NCBI GenBank assembly: GCA_051294375.1
Contig: CM119268.1
Coordinates: forward strand, 9,421,216 to 9,485,215
Length of the DNA stretch: 64,000 nucleotides
Source: Paraspadella gotoi
Taxonomy: Eukaryota > Animalia > Chaetognatha
Direction of reading: 5' to 3'
Part shown: in pieces, positions 45,116 through 56,300 of the stretch
Layout: every line of letters starts with the position of its first letter
Numbering within the stretch: the stretch's first letter is position 1
Translations under genes and position numbers: made by a program
The notes under the pieces: model-generated
What the model was told of the DNA's origin: nothing
The model's database searches: none
Seen by the model: the letters and a program-made list of their open reading frames with translations, nothing else

Positions 45116-46613
45116 ATGGTCCGGATTTTATCCCGTACTTTCGGCCTCTTCCGGTTTTTCGCGAGCCTTCGCTTCATTTCTCTTAGCCCTCTTCGTCCCT
45201 TTTCACGTCGCCTTCTCGTCCTCTGCTGCATTTGCCTTTTCGTCGTCCTCGTCCTTTTATCGGCGTCGAGAATGAGCGCGGTCCCCGCTTCCGGCGCTTC
45301 TCTCCTGGGCATGCGCGTCAGCGACGAGCCCATCACCCCACCGCCTTCCGATGATATTTTCCGCTCTTTCCTCATCTTTCTCCGCCGTTCCTATCTTCAT
45401 AATCTATTTCTTTTCGTCCTTTTTTCCTTTCTATTATCTTCCCGCGTCATCTCCTTAATAGTCGTCCTGATCTTCGCCTTTTCCCTACACGCGTTCCGCT
45501 TCAGACGGGCCGATCCCTTTTTGGTCGACGCCATATTACTCCGAGGCGCTTTCGCCAAGCCGAATGAGATCCCAGTAGTGTTTGGACATCGTGGCGCGGG
45601 AGTTGAGATGCCCGAGAACACGTTAGCCGCTTTTCGGACTTGCGCGGAAAACGGGGGCGATGGGGTGGAGCTGGACGTCGAGTTGACGGCCGATGGAGTG
45701 GCTGTTGTGCTGCACGACGATACGGTGAGAAAGAGGAGAGGGTTACTTTATTGCTCGTTTTTCCTCAAACCACTTCTTCTAGGTGGATCGTACCACTGAC
45801 GGCGTTGGCGCCATTAACTCTTTGACTTTTGCGGAGACACGAGCTTTGAACGCCGCTGCTAAGCATCCCAAAGGCGCGGTCTCGGGGGTCCAGGAGATTC
45901 CTACTTTAGAGGCGGTCTTGACACTCTGTCTAGAGAAGAAGCTCAACGTTTTTATCGAGATTAAGAGCGCGACTTTCTCCGGTATCTCCGAATCATAATA
46001 ATAATTAATTTAACCTTCCTATGTTACCGAATACACAATTACACATCTCTTTTACTCTCTACTGCCTGAACGAAAAGGCGTAACCAACGCCGCCCGCGCC
46101 GTGGATGCCATTGCCGGCCTCTACTCTCGCTATCCCGACCTCTACCGGACTGCGATGGTGTGCTCCTTCGACCCACGCGCCATCTATCTCATGCGACGCC
46201 GCAATCCTTCCGTCGTCGTGGCGCTCATATGGCGGCCCTGGGTCAACTCGTTCAAGATAGATGGAACGCGTCAATCGAACGGGACTTTGTCGACGGGGTT
46301 TTTGGCCGTGTACGATATTTTTCATCGGTTTCTTCTTGAGGGTGAGTTTAGGAGTTGGAGCATTCTTTGTATTCTAACCCACTCATACCGGCTTTTTCAC
46401 CTCTCAGGATTCTTATGGCACTATCTTGGGGTAGACATCATCTCGCTCAACAAAAATGCTCTTTCTGCCAATGACGTCGCGTGGTGGCGTGATAGGGAAG
46501 TGTCTCCCGTCACCTGGACCGTGAACACTTTTGCCGAGAAAGAATTTTTCGCAAGGCTTGACGTTCCCGTCATGACTGACGCCATGCTGGAGGACGTGGT
46601 GGAGCAGACATAA
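45116..46613 (+). CDS. Membrane glycerophosphodiester phosphodiesterase (GDE1-like); start uncertain (45116 or 45272)
   Basis: 'GHRGAG..PENTLAAF...GVELDVELTADG..VVLHDDT|VDRTTDG', 'IEIK', 'WTVN'; N-terminal TM segments. Confidence 0.88.
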
Positions 46614-47106
46614 TAATGAGGAAATGATCTTGAGCGGAGCAACATATTCGTAGAATGTACGTATTTAATTAAGACCTCGTCCGAGCCTCGATAAAGAATA
46701 GCGACAAAGACTTCGATAAAGACCATTTAGCTCCGTTACACTCCGTTACACAGAATAGCGGGACGAATTTGATTCCCAAGGACAGTTAAAGCGACAAGAA
46801 GGGCGCTATAAGCGGCGAACTCCGACATAGGGCTCCCGCTTTAAAGAATAACATGGCGCGCTTGATCTTGATTTTTAGACTTCTCATTATAAATATTTTA
46901 TCCCATATTTTTCGATCCAATACGAAAATGTACACGCCTACAAGATTCTGAAAAGCAAATTTTCGGGCAACCTGGAAAACGAAGGTTGTCTGTCAAATGG
47001 CTTCAGAATCCACTTTTCAGCAGGACCCTCTGTTTGTTGTAAGCTTTACATTAAATACAATTATTTTTTCAAAGCCTCAGTTGAAATAGAAACTTTTATA
47101 ATTGTT

Positions 47107-47584
47107 ATGGCTTCGGCGAAGTTGCCGGTAGGAATAACTCGGATTACAGGAAAAGTCGCTCTCATCACAGGTGAAAAAACAGTGGTTGATAAGATGAATC
47201 ATAAATCAATCAAATTATGGTTTTACGCTCAGTTATTTATCTACTCAGGCTGTTCTTCGGGCTTTGGTCGCGCCACCGCCGAACGCTTTGTCAGACACGG
47301 CGCCGATGTGGTGCTCGTCGACCTTCCCGCCCGTGAGGCGGCCGGACTCGAGTTAGCCGAAAGGCTCGGCCGCCCTAACGCGGCATTCGTCGCCGCAGAC
47401 GTCACTTCTGACCCGGATGTGCGCCTGGCCCTCCAGAAAGTAAAGAACAAATTTGGCCGCTTGGACGTTGCCGTCAACTGCGCCGCTTTGAGGGAGTCGC
47501 ATAGTATAGTCGACGATGAAGGGGCACACGATCTGGAGGCTTTCAAGGTTTCGATTTCTTTAACTAAACCATTAGGGATAATTG

Positions 47585-47631
<47 letters not shown>

Positions 47632-48281
47632 CTTTTAGAGAACTGTTGATGTCAATCTTAACGGCGTCTTCAACGTTGTTCGACTCGCCGCGGCTTTAAT
47701 GAACGAGAACGACCCTGACGGCGACTGGCAAAAGGGTATTTTTATCAATGCCATCTCCGACGCCCACGAGTGCCGTCTGCCGAAACTAGCGGCGCTCGGA
47801 GCCGCTCACGGCGGCGTCGCCGCCATGACACTGCTTTTGGCCCGGGATTTGGCCACCATCGGTTAGATGTCAGGGGGGGCTTCAATTACTAGACTTCGAA
47901 TTGTCCGAAAATTGTTTTTTCTCAGGAGCGAGAGTCGTTTCCATCGCACCCAGTATCTACGGATCTTTCGCGAATGAAGCGACGGAATCGTCAACACCGC
48001 CCTGGTAAGCATGTCAATGACAATGTTTTTTTTAATTAAAGGAGAAATTTAGATTTTCCCTTTTCGAAGTTTTTACTTTTTCTCTTTTCACGCTCAGGGA
48101 AAGTAGCCACGCCTACGAGTTTGCCCGTTTGGCTCACAATCTCGTCGAGAATCCGATGATCAACGGGGCGGTCATTCGTCTCGACGGCCGACGAGCGAGT
48201 TCGGTGTCCTTGGAGGACGAGCCCGTCGAGGATGCTGCGGAATCGAGGGAATCGTCAGCTTCTGCGGTCGGAGGTCGATGA
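47107..48281 (+). CDS. HSD17B10/scully-like short-chain dehydrogenase with degenerate active site
   Basis: 'GKVALITGCSSGFG', 'ADVTS', 'FGRLDVAVNCA', 'VNLNGVFNVVRL', 'MTLLLARDLA', 'ENPMINGAVIRLDG'; YxxxK replaced by LGAAH. Confidence 0.85.
47587..47632. repeat. (TAT)n microsatellite in an intron
   Basis: About 15 perfect TAT units. Confidence 0.95.
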
Positions 48282-48834
48282 AGAGAGAGAGGTTGTGCGG
48301 TGTAATAGGAGAGAACTGAGGGTTCGTGGAGGAAGTGAAGCTCGGACGCTAACTACGTTTACAGAAATTAAACGCCTCCTGTTGCCGGTGAAAAACCTTG
48401 ATAGTGACATTTTTTTGTGAATTGCGATAAAAAAAATTACAACTTCACAGATTTTTATTGTTCATTCTCGTTATTTTTTCCTTTCAAGAAATAGCTAATT
48501 TAAAAGCTTTTCTATTTTCTTTTCCTCTATTTTAAAAAAAAGGTTTTTTTCTCATTTTCATCACATCCCCAGCTTTTAATGTCAATCATCTTTTCCCTTT
48601 ATTGTTAAGTTTTTGTGTTTGCTCTTGCAGTCACTGCCATTAAAAAATGGTTTCAGCCGTTCACTTTATCTATCGTATCGCTGATTTTGAAACTTTGACA
48701 ACCCATTTACTTCCCGGCCTCATTTATTGACTTTTTTTGATTCATCAATGAACGCTTAAGCTTAGGTTTGAGCTTCAAACGTTTCTTTTTTATGGTTATG
48801 GTTCTCGTTCTCGTTTCATTAAAGATTTAAAACA

Positions 48835-49958
48835 ATGTCCATGTCGACGGAAGAGCAGGAGGATGATTGGGAGCCTCTCTCGGAGGCCGAAATGAAGGTC
48901 GCTCAAGCGAAGCAGGAAAGATCCAACAAGATTTCGAAGATTATGGGCGATTATTTGCTTAAAGGTAAGCCAGATGGAAATATGGGTCAAAGATAGCAAC
49001 TTCTTCCATCCCCCTTGCCAACCTTTCCCCCTCCCACTCGCCCTCGACAGGATATAAGATGTTGGCGACATCGTGCGATCACTGCGGATGCATCCTTCTC
49101 CAAGACAAACAGGCAAAACTTTATTGCGTCGCCTGCAACGAATTAGAAGCGGAAGGGTGGAAGGACGACCCCGCCGTCTGCCACGCCGCCGCCTTGTCAA
49201 AGATCCGAGAGGGAGCGTCGCCAATGGGTGGCATGGCTCTTCCTTCTCGGAGTGCGTTGGCTCCTTCGGGTGACGCTGGTCCGCGCACGTCGACGCCAGC
49301 GACAGAAGCGGGAAACGCGAGCTCTGCCATTCCCTCCCTAATGACCACCACTCCGCTGATCGTTAACGGCGCCGCCGCCGCCGCAAAACCCAAACTCGGT
49401 ATCCGCCCTCCGCCTTTGGGGACGCGCTACCTCGTCGATGTGGGACGCGACGCCTACGAAGCCTTCGCCGCTTATGACGAGTCGTCTGCCGAGCGGCGGG
49501 AAGATTCGAGTCGTAACGAAGCGCCACCGGCGGTGACGCCGACGCCGCCCCCTCACGCCCCTCCAGTCGAGTCCACTGCAGTTGGTGGTAAATTTCATTT
49601 AATTCTATTCCATTTGTTAAAAATCTTATGATTCGGTAATCGGCGATGGTGATCGATATAATCATTGGTGAAAGTTTCCATTGTCCTCAATTATGAACAC
49701 CGTCTCTTTATAGGAATCTCTGCCGTCGGTCCACCCTCGACCCAACTCTCCGCTCCCGTTTCGTCCACCCGCTCGTCGTTTCTTTCCCCCGCCGAGTTTC
49801 ATTTCGTCCAAGCGACTTTAAAGCGAAAGTTGCTGCGAGCGACAAACGAGTTGGAGGCGACGTCATCGACGGAGGCTGCTGCGGCCTTGTGTTGTCTCGT
49901 TAAGGGATGCGCCGACGCCATGACCGCCGTGCAAAAGTCGAGGATCGAGGGCGACTGA
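48835..49958 (+). CDS. ZNRD2: Zinc ribbon domain protein 2 / SSSCA1
   Basis: 'WEPLSEAEMKV..ERSNKISKIMGDYLLKG|YKMLATSCDHCGCILLQDK..YCVAC'; C-terminal 'KLLRAT.EL..LCCLVKGCADA'. Confidence 0.9.
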
Positions 49959-50223
49959 TGAGAGGAGCGAGGGATGGCTCGCGATGTTAACTCGTTTTTT
50001 TAGTGCGACCTCGATCCGCGGCCTTCGTTATTTTCGGCCGGAAATTACGTCTGCCTACCTTTGTTTTAATTACAGGTCGACGAAAACCGCGATTTCGAAA
50101 TTAACAATCAAGTCTCAAATGACCGAGACGAATAAGTCGCGTTAGGAATAGTTTTTACTCGCAGAGAAACGAAAACCAATATCGATGACTGATAGAGTAA
50201 AACTTTAAATACGGACACCCAAA

Positions 50224-53200
50224 ATGCCTTCTCCTCGGGTCGTCGTCACGGGCATGGGACTAGTCACACCGCTCAGTGTCGGGGTCTCCTCCAGTTGGCG
50301 TCGTCTCATCGATGGACAAACCGGCGTCGTGGCTTTGGAGGGCCCAGAATTCCGGCGCCTCCCGTGTCGGGTTGCGGCGAGGGTGCCCCGGGCGCCGAGC
50401 GAGTACAATGGAGAAAATAACTCGGTGCGTGGAAAGATAGAGAATGCCTTTAGGTCGGGTCCCCGTTTTTGTAAAGATTGTGGCAGCAAGACTTAAAGCT
50501 GCCTCACTGGCTGTCCGTCCTCAGCCTCGTCTCAATGGCTGAGCAGGCTAAATCATCTCATTCCATCCGTGCGTCCTGGGTTCAATCCCTGGGTATCCCG
50601 GTTCTGGCTTAAATGTGATGGTGCCGGTATAAACATGCCAGTGACAGGAGGCGGTCACTGAGGGTCCGCAGCTCCTACGCCAGTTGGTGAGATACCCCGC
50701 GCCCGGGTATCACAGGCTATCCTCCCGTTGCCATAAGTGGTGAGCCCTACTCTCGAACACGCAACCGCTGCGCACCGTGCGCCCACGCTTACGTCGCTTA
50801 GGGTATGCATATCACGCCTATGTCCTACTTCTCTGGTAACGCTCCAGACTCGCTCGCTCGCTCGCCCGCTCGCTCTCACTATGGCAATGAGATCAAAACC
50901 TTCTCTCAGACATCTCCTCAGGATTGAGGCCCCTGTGGAGAAGTCTGGTGGGGGGATCCTGTGGCAGCAAGACTTAAAGCTGCCTCACTGCTGTCCGTCC
51001 TCAGCCTCGTCTCAATGGCTGAGCAGGCTAAATCATCTCATTCCATCCGTGCGTCCCGGGTTCAATCCCTGGGTATCCCGGTTCTGGCTTAAATGTGACG
51101 GTGCTGGTATAAACATGCCAGTGACAGGAGGCGGTCACTGAGGGTCCGCAGCCCCTACGCCAGTTGGTGAGATACCCCGCGCCCGGGTATCACAGGCTAT
51201 CCTCCCGTTGCCATAAGATTTCATTTTTCTTTCATAGTCGACGTCTTCCTCTGACCACGAGCTTTTCCGCGAATCTGATCACGTGACTTCCGGTGAACGA
51301 CGATCTATGTCGCTTTCGACGCTATACGCTTTGGTCGCTGCCGACGAGGCCCTGACCATGTCTAGGGTGAGTCGCCATAGTGAGTGTTAAGATTTAAGCC
51401 TGCGGAGGCGTGAAAGTTGAACCCTTAACCATTTATTTCTTTGCTGCAGTGGAAGCCAGTTTCGGAAGCGGCACGCTGCCGTACTGGTGTGGCAGTCGGA
51501 ACTGGTATGGCGGATTTACAAGACGTTGCGGAGCAGGTGAGCTAAAAGAGTTGATCCGTTAGGATAAACAAATTTTTGTTTCATAGGTCTTTATTTTTCG
51601 TATTCTTGTAAGAATCGTAGGTGATAAATTTCAAGCCGCTCGAAACGTTTTTACTCACAGGGTAGCCTCTTCGTCTCGGGCAGCGAGGAAGAGATCAACT
51701 CGGGAATCCCTCTCCGCAAAATGCAACCTCACTTCATTCCCAGGATCCTTATCAACATGGCCGCCGGTCGCATCGCCCTTAAGTACGGTTTTAAGGTGCG
51801 GGCAAGAGTTTTGGAATGTGGATGTGAGGTTTAAGCAAGAATTGTTATCTCATAAGAGTCGGCTGTTAAACTAAAAAAAATTTGTCCTTTTCAATAACTT
51901 GTTTTTCCTGGTTTGTTGAGTTTTTAGTAGATGATGATCTTTTCAGTCCTGCTTCAATTTCCCCGTTCCAAAACTCCTTTTTTTTTGCTCTTTAAAGCTA
52001 TACTACTAATTGTTTTCCCTCTTCAAATGTACGCTCCCCATTTACCATCTCAGGGCCCATCCCACGCCGCCTCCACCGCTTGCGCAACCGGCGCCCATGC
52101 TATGGGCGACGCCTTTCGTTTGATCTGTCACGGCGACGCCGACGTGATGTTAGCCGGCGGGACGGAGGCGCCAATCAACGCCGTTTCTCTGGCGGGATTC
52201 TCTAAAATTCGTGCTCTTGCAACCGGATTCAACGAGACCCCCGAACTGGCCTCCAGGTTTTATTTCGGGTTAAAAATAGGGGTGTGGCACATGCGTTTGT
52301 CAATTTTAATTAAATCTTTAATTTCGGGCTCTATTTTAATGTAATTTTCGATCCCAGACCTTTCGACGCAAAACGCAACGGTTTCGTGATGGGTGAAGGT
52401 GCGGGGATCTGCGTCCTGGAACGCCTTGACCACGCCCTTGATCGGGGCGCCGATATTTACGGAGAGATCTTAGGTGGGACGAAGGCGAGAATGATGGACA
52501 AGGCCTAAGGCGGAGGCTTTATTAATTATGTCAATGACAGGATTTCTCAAATTGCCTTTTGTATAAAGGCTACGGCCTCACCGGTGATGCCCACCACATA
52601 ACGGCGCCGAGCGCGGATGGCGACGGCGCTTTTCGCGCAATGCGCGCCGCTTTAGCAGAAGCGCGCCTTTCTCCCGATGACATCGGTTACGTCAACGCCC
52701 ACGCCACCTCCACACCTCTTGGTGACGCCGCCGAGTGTTGCGCCATCCTCAAAACTTTCGGCGAGGGCAGTAGAGTGGCTGTCTCGTCTACAAAGGGGGC
52801 GGTCGGACACCTCTTGGGCGCCGCGGGGGCCGTCGAAGGTAGTAAAGCTCAAGAATTTTTGACAGAGAGATTTATATTTCTATGCTGGGTGAATCTGGGC
52901 AATTCCGGTTCATGGCAAATTTTTGTCTTCTCCTCATGTGAAATATCATATATAGAAATATCCTTACAGAGCTTTAGAGGGCAACCTGTTTTATATCAAC
53001 CATCTACATAGGCATTTTCTCCATACTCGCCTGCCATCATGCCATCCTTCCTCCCACGATTAACTTAAAAGATCCCGACAAAGAATTCAGTCTAAACTAC
53101 GTGGCGAACGAAAGTCAGCCATGGCCAGGAAGTAGTGCTTCTACCGGGCGAGCCATGAGGGCAGCCCCAACGATCCGGCGGGCCCTCAACAACTCCTTTG

Positions 53201-53250
53201 GATTCGGCGGAACAAACGCCTGCGTATGTGTCGGAAATTACGAAGGTTGA
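50224..53250 (+). CDS. OXSM: Mitochondrial 3-oxoacyl-ACP synthase, multi-exon
   Basis: '[13 protein letters not shown]', 'STACATGAH', '[13 protein letters not shown]', '[11 protein letters not shown]', '[12 protein letters not shown]', '[10 protein letters not shown]'. Confidence 0.94.
50479..51215 (+). mobile_element. Complete TRIM (miniature LTR retrotransposon) in OXSM intron 1; LTRs 50479-50735 and 50960-51215
   Basis: Direct repeats differ by 4 substitutions and 1 indel; ends TGTGGCA..TGCCATA; TSD AGAT; PBS-like TGGTGAGCCC at 50738; purine-rich tract GGTGGGGGGA before the 3' LTR; 224-bp non-coding interior. Confidence 0.88.
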
Positions 53251-53395
53251 ATCTGGAAAATTGCGACTCTTTAGCCACGACTCTTTTGTCCTCTCAGTTG
53301 TGAAATTGACTTAATACTTGTTGCAAGTACAGATTTTCCGCTTTTCGTTCTTTTTGTCAAATAGTTTTGTTCAAATTATAAAAATAAAGTCTTCG

Positions 53396-56300
53396 ATGAA
53401 TAAGCGAAATGACCGCGGTCCCAATCACACCTTTGGTGCCTCCAATGGTCGTCCAAAGGACGATCGTTTCCCGGCCGACGAACCAGTTGGCGATCGCAAC
53501 GGTTTCCGAGAGCAACTCTACGGTTATCCGGAAGAGGTAAGTTTACTCTTTATTGATAAATCTTTTAAATTGCTTAATAAACTTTGTCCTGCAGAATTTG
53601 CTTCAAAACCCCGGACCGCCTCTTCCCGTAATCGGCAGGGGGCGCGGCTCTCTCGTCTATCTAGTGCAGGAGCGTTCCAGTCGGCCGATGGCCGAAGTGG
53701 GTGCAATGGAGAGGAGAAGTCGCGGAGAAAACGGAAACGACTTTTTCTCTTCCAAGCCTCAGCAGCGGTTTCAAGATCGACCAAACGATAAGCCGATGTC
53801 AAATCAACCTTATCAACAACATCCGTCGCGACCTTGTGACGATCCCTCGTTTTTCTCTGAAACCCGAGGCGACGATCGTGGCCAACCGACTGGAGGCAGC
53901 GGGGATTATCGCGACCGCGAACATCTCGAACGCCGAAGTCAAAAGGAAGATCCGTTTGTGCAACGCAACCAACGTCGTGATCACCTCTCCTTTCCCAACT
54001 CGACCAAAGAGCAGGGAAGCGATTTTCGCCGACAAGGTCCAAGACCGCTCGCGGAGAAATCTTTTTTAAGGAGCGATGCTTCGACGATCGATCAGGGATC
54101 GCGGACGATTCATTCGGCGACTCACAAAGAATCAAAGGAGAATTCATCTAGATCCAAAGTCAAAGAAGTTTCCGACGGGCGAATGTCCAAGGGTTTTGCT
54201 CGTCCATGCGGGGAAGATGGGATCCGATTGGGCAATGTCCGGTCGTCGACGGCTTATCCGGCTTCTTGCCAAGCCGATTCACGCGGCTACGGGAGTCTGA
54301 AGGGCTACACTAGTACGCGAAATGCCGATTTTGTGGGAAAGGGTATGAAACCGTCTTTATTTAAAGAACCCACTAAAAACTCCGTGGGAAGCGACGGCAG
54401 TCTGTTCAGTGGAAGTGGACCTTGTAAGAATTCGGCCAATTCGGCCACGATAAGTCAAGACCGACCAAACTCCGTTGCCTCCACCACCTCCACCTCCACC
54501 GCCGCCTCTGCCAAATTTTGCGACAATACAACGGAGATAAACAAACAAAAATATTTTCGTGATCCCTTGAATAACTACAACCGTGTAAATGGAGAGAAGG
54601 CGTCATCACTACTTGCCCAACAATACCCAATTTTGAATACGATCGAGTCGGGCAATAGACAAGCCTTTTGTCAGACAAAAGCTTTGTCTTCCGATGAGAT
54701 TCCATCAGCGGAAAAGCAGGCTGATAGACTTCTCGATGCAAGGGCGGCTGAAGAATCGTCCGCACACTCTCTTACGGACGAACGGCTCGCAACTAACGAA
54801 GAAACGAGTCGTGTGCAGAGACATCGTTGCGCCTTCTTGGAAAGCTCGAGTCCCTCCCTCGAAGATCGCTCGTCGGTCGATAAAAAAGCTTTGCTGCTTG
54901 AAAATGGGAATGATCCGGCGGTTAACGATGACGCCGTTTTTGACAACGGGCTTGCCGCTTTCAGCGACGACGCGCAGATCGATGGCGTTGTTGGCCAAGC
55001 AAATGTTTTGGCTTTTAGCGAGTCGGAGAATAAAGGACGCGATAAAAAGGATGACGGGAAGCCTAAAGTTGTTTTATCGTAAGTCACTTATTTTATTTAG
55101 TTAAATTAAATTATAGTTATATAGTTATATATATATATAGTTATAAATTATAGTTGTTTACTTATTAGGAAAAAAATTTTTGAAAGTTGTAAATTTGCCA
55201 AAGTATTTTTATTGGTTTTTATTTTCATGTTTGATATGCTAAATTTACATGTATATTAGGGTGTGGTGAAAGTTTGGAATAAAAATTTAGCAGTTATATC
55301 TTGAAAACTATCATATTAGTGAATACTAATCTGTAGTTATTTTTCTTTCTTTACAAATATAGTAGCCCAGTCAGCTTATTTTGTATATAGTACTACCCTT
55401 ATAATTAAATTTAAAAATTGTTTTTTTTTTAATTCTGAGAACAGATTCATATTCCTCGTTAAAAGATGATAAAAGAAAATATAAATCTTTTTCAAAAATT
55501 ATTAAGGAGGTTAAAATTATAAAAAATTATATTTTTAAGCTGGAAATTGAAAATCGCCGTATTATACTGCGGCGCAAAAAAAAGAAGACATTACTTTCAC
55601 ACCGAAAAAATTATATTGGATGGATGAATTTCATTGAGATATATGAAACATAAAACCAAAGCTTATTAAAGATAAAAGCGATTGGTTCAGGTCCCATTAA
55701 AATCGATCAAAACGTTAAAAATTTATAGGACGTTTAAGTCGATTGGTACAAAATATCTGACGAGAATAAATTAATTTTAATCAAGAAGAATTTTTGACTT
55801 TTCTTTATTATATTATATATTTATAATATAAAATTAGCTGTACAAATTTAGCATCAAATATCTGTAGGGATAGGTGTCAATCATTTTTAACCTAAATAAA
55901 ATTAAAATAATTAAAGAAATTATATAAAAAAAACTATCTTTTAAAAATGAAAAAAAGCAGTTGTTTGGGAGCTCAAATGATTCGAACAAAGATAATTTAC
56001 TCAATGTTAATTTCACAGCTTTTTCACATCAAAATTTTTTTTCTTATGGCATTTCGTGTTAAAGCAGATTAATATAAACTCTTACAATTGGTTGTACCAA
56101 TTTCATTAAAATATTTTTTTTATATCATTGAAATTTTTTTTAAAATTGGCTATTATAACAAGAAAATAAAGAAAATTGTTAAAAATCGATAAATTTGACG
56201 CTCGTGGCACTTTGACGCCCCTGGGAGGGGAGAGATCTATTTAAAAAAATCTTTGGAAGGTTTTTTTTCTTAAAGAAAGTTTGAATACGAAAAGAATGAC

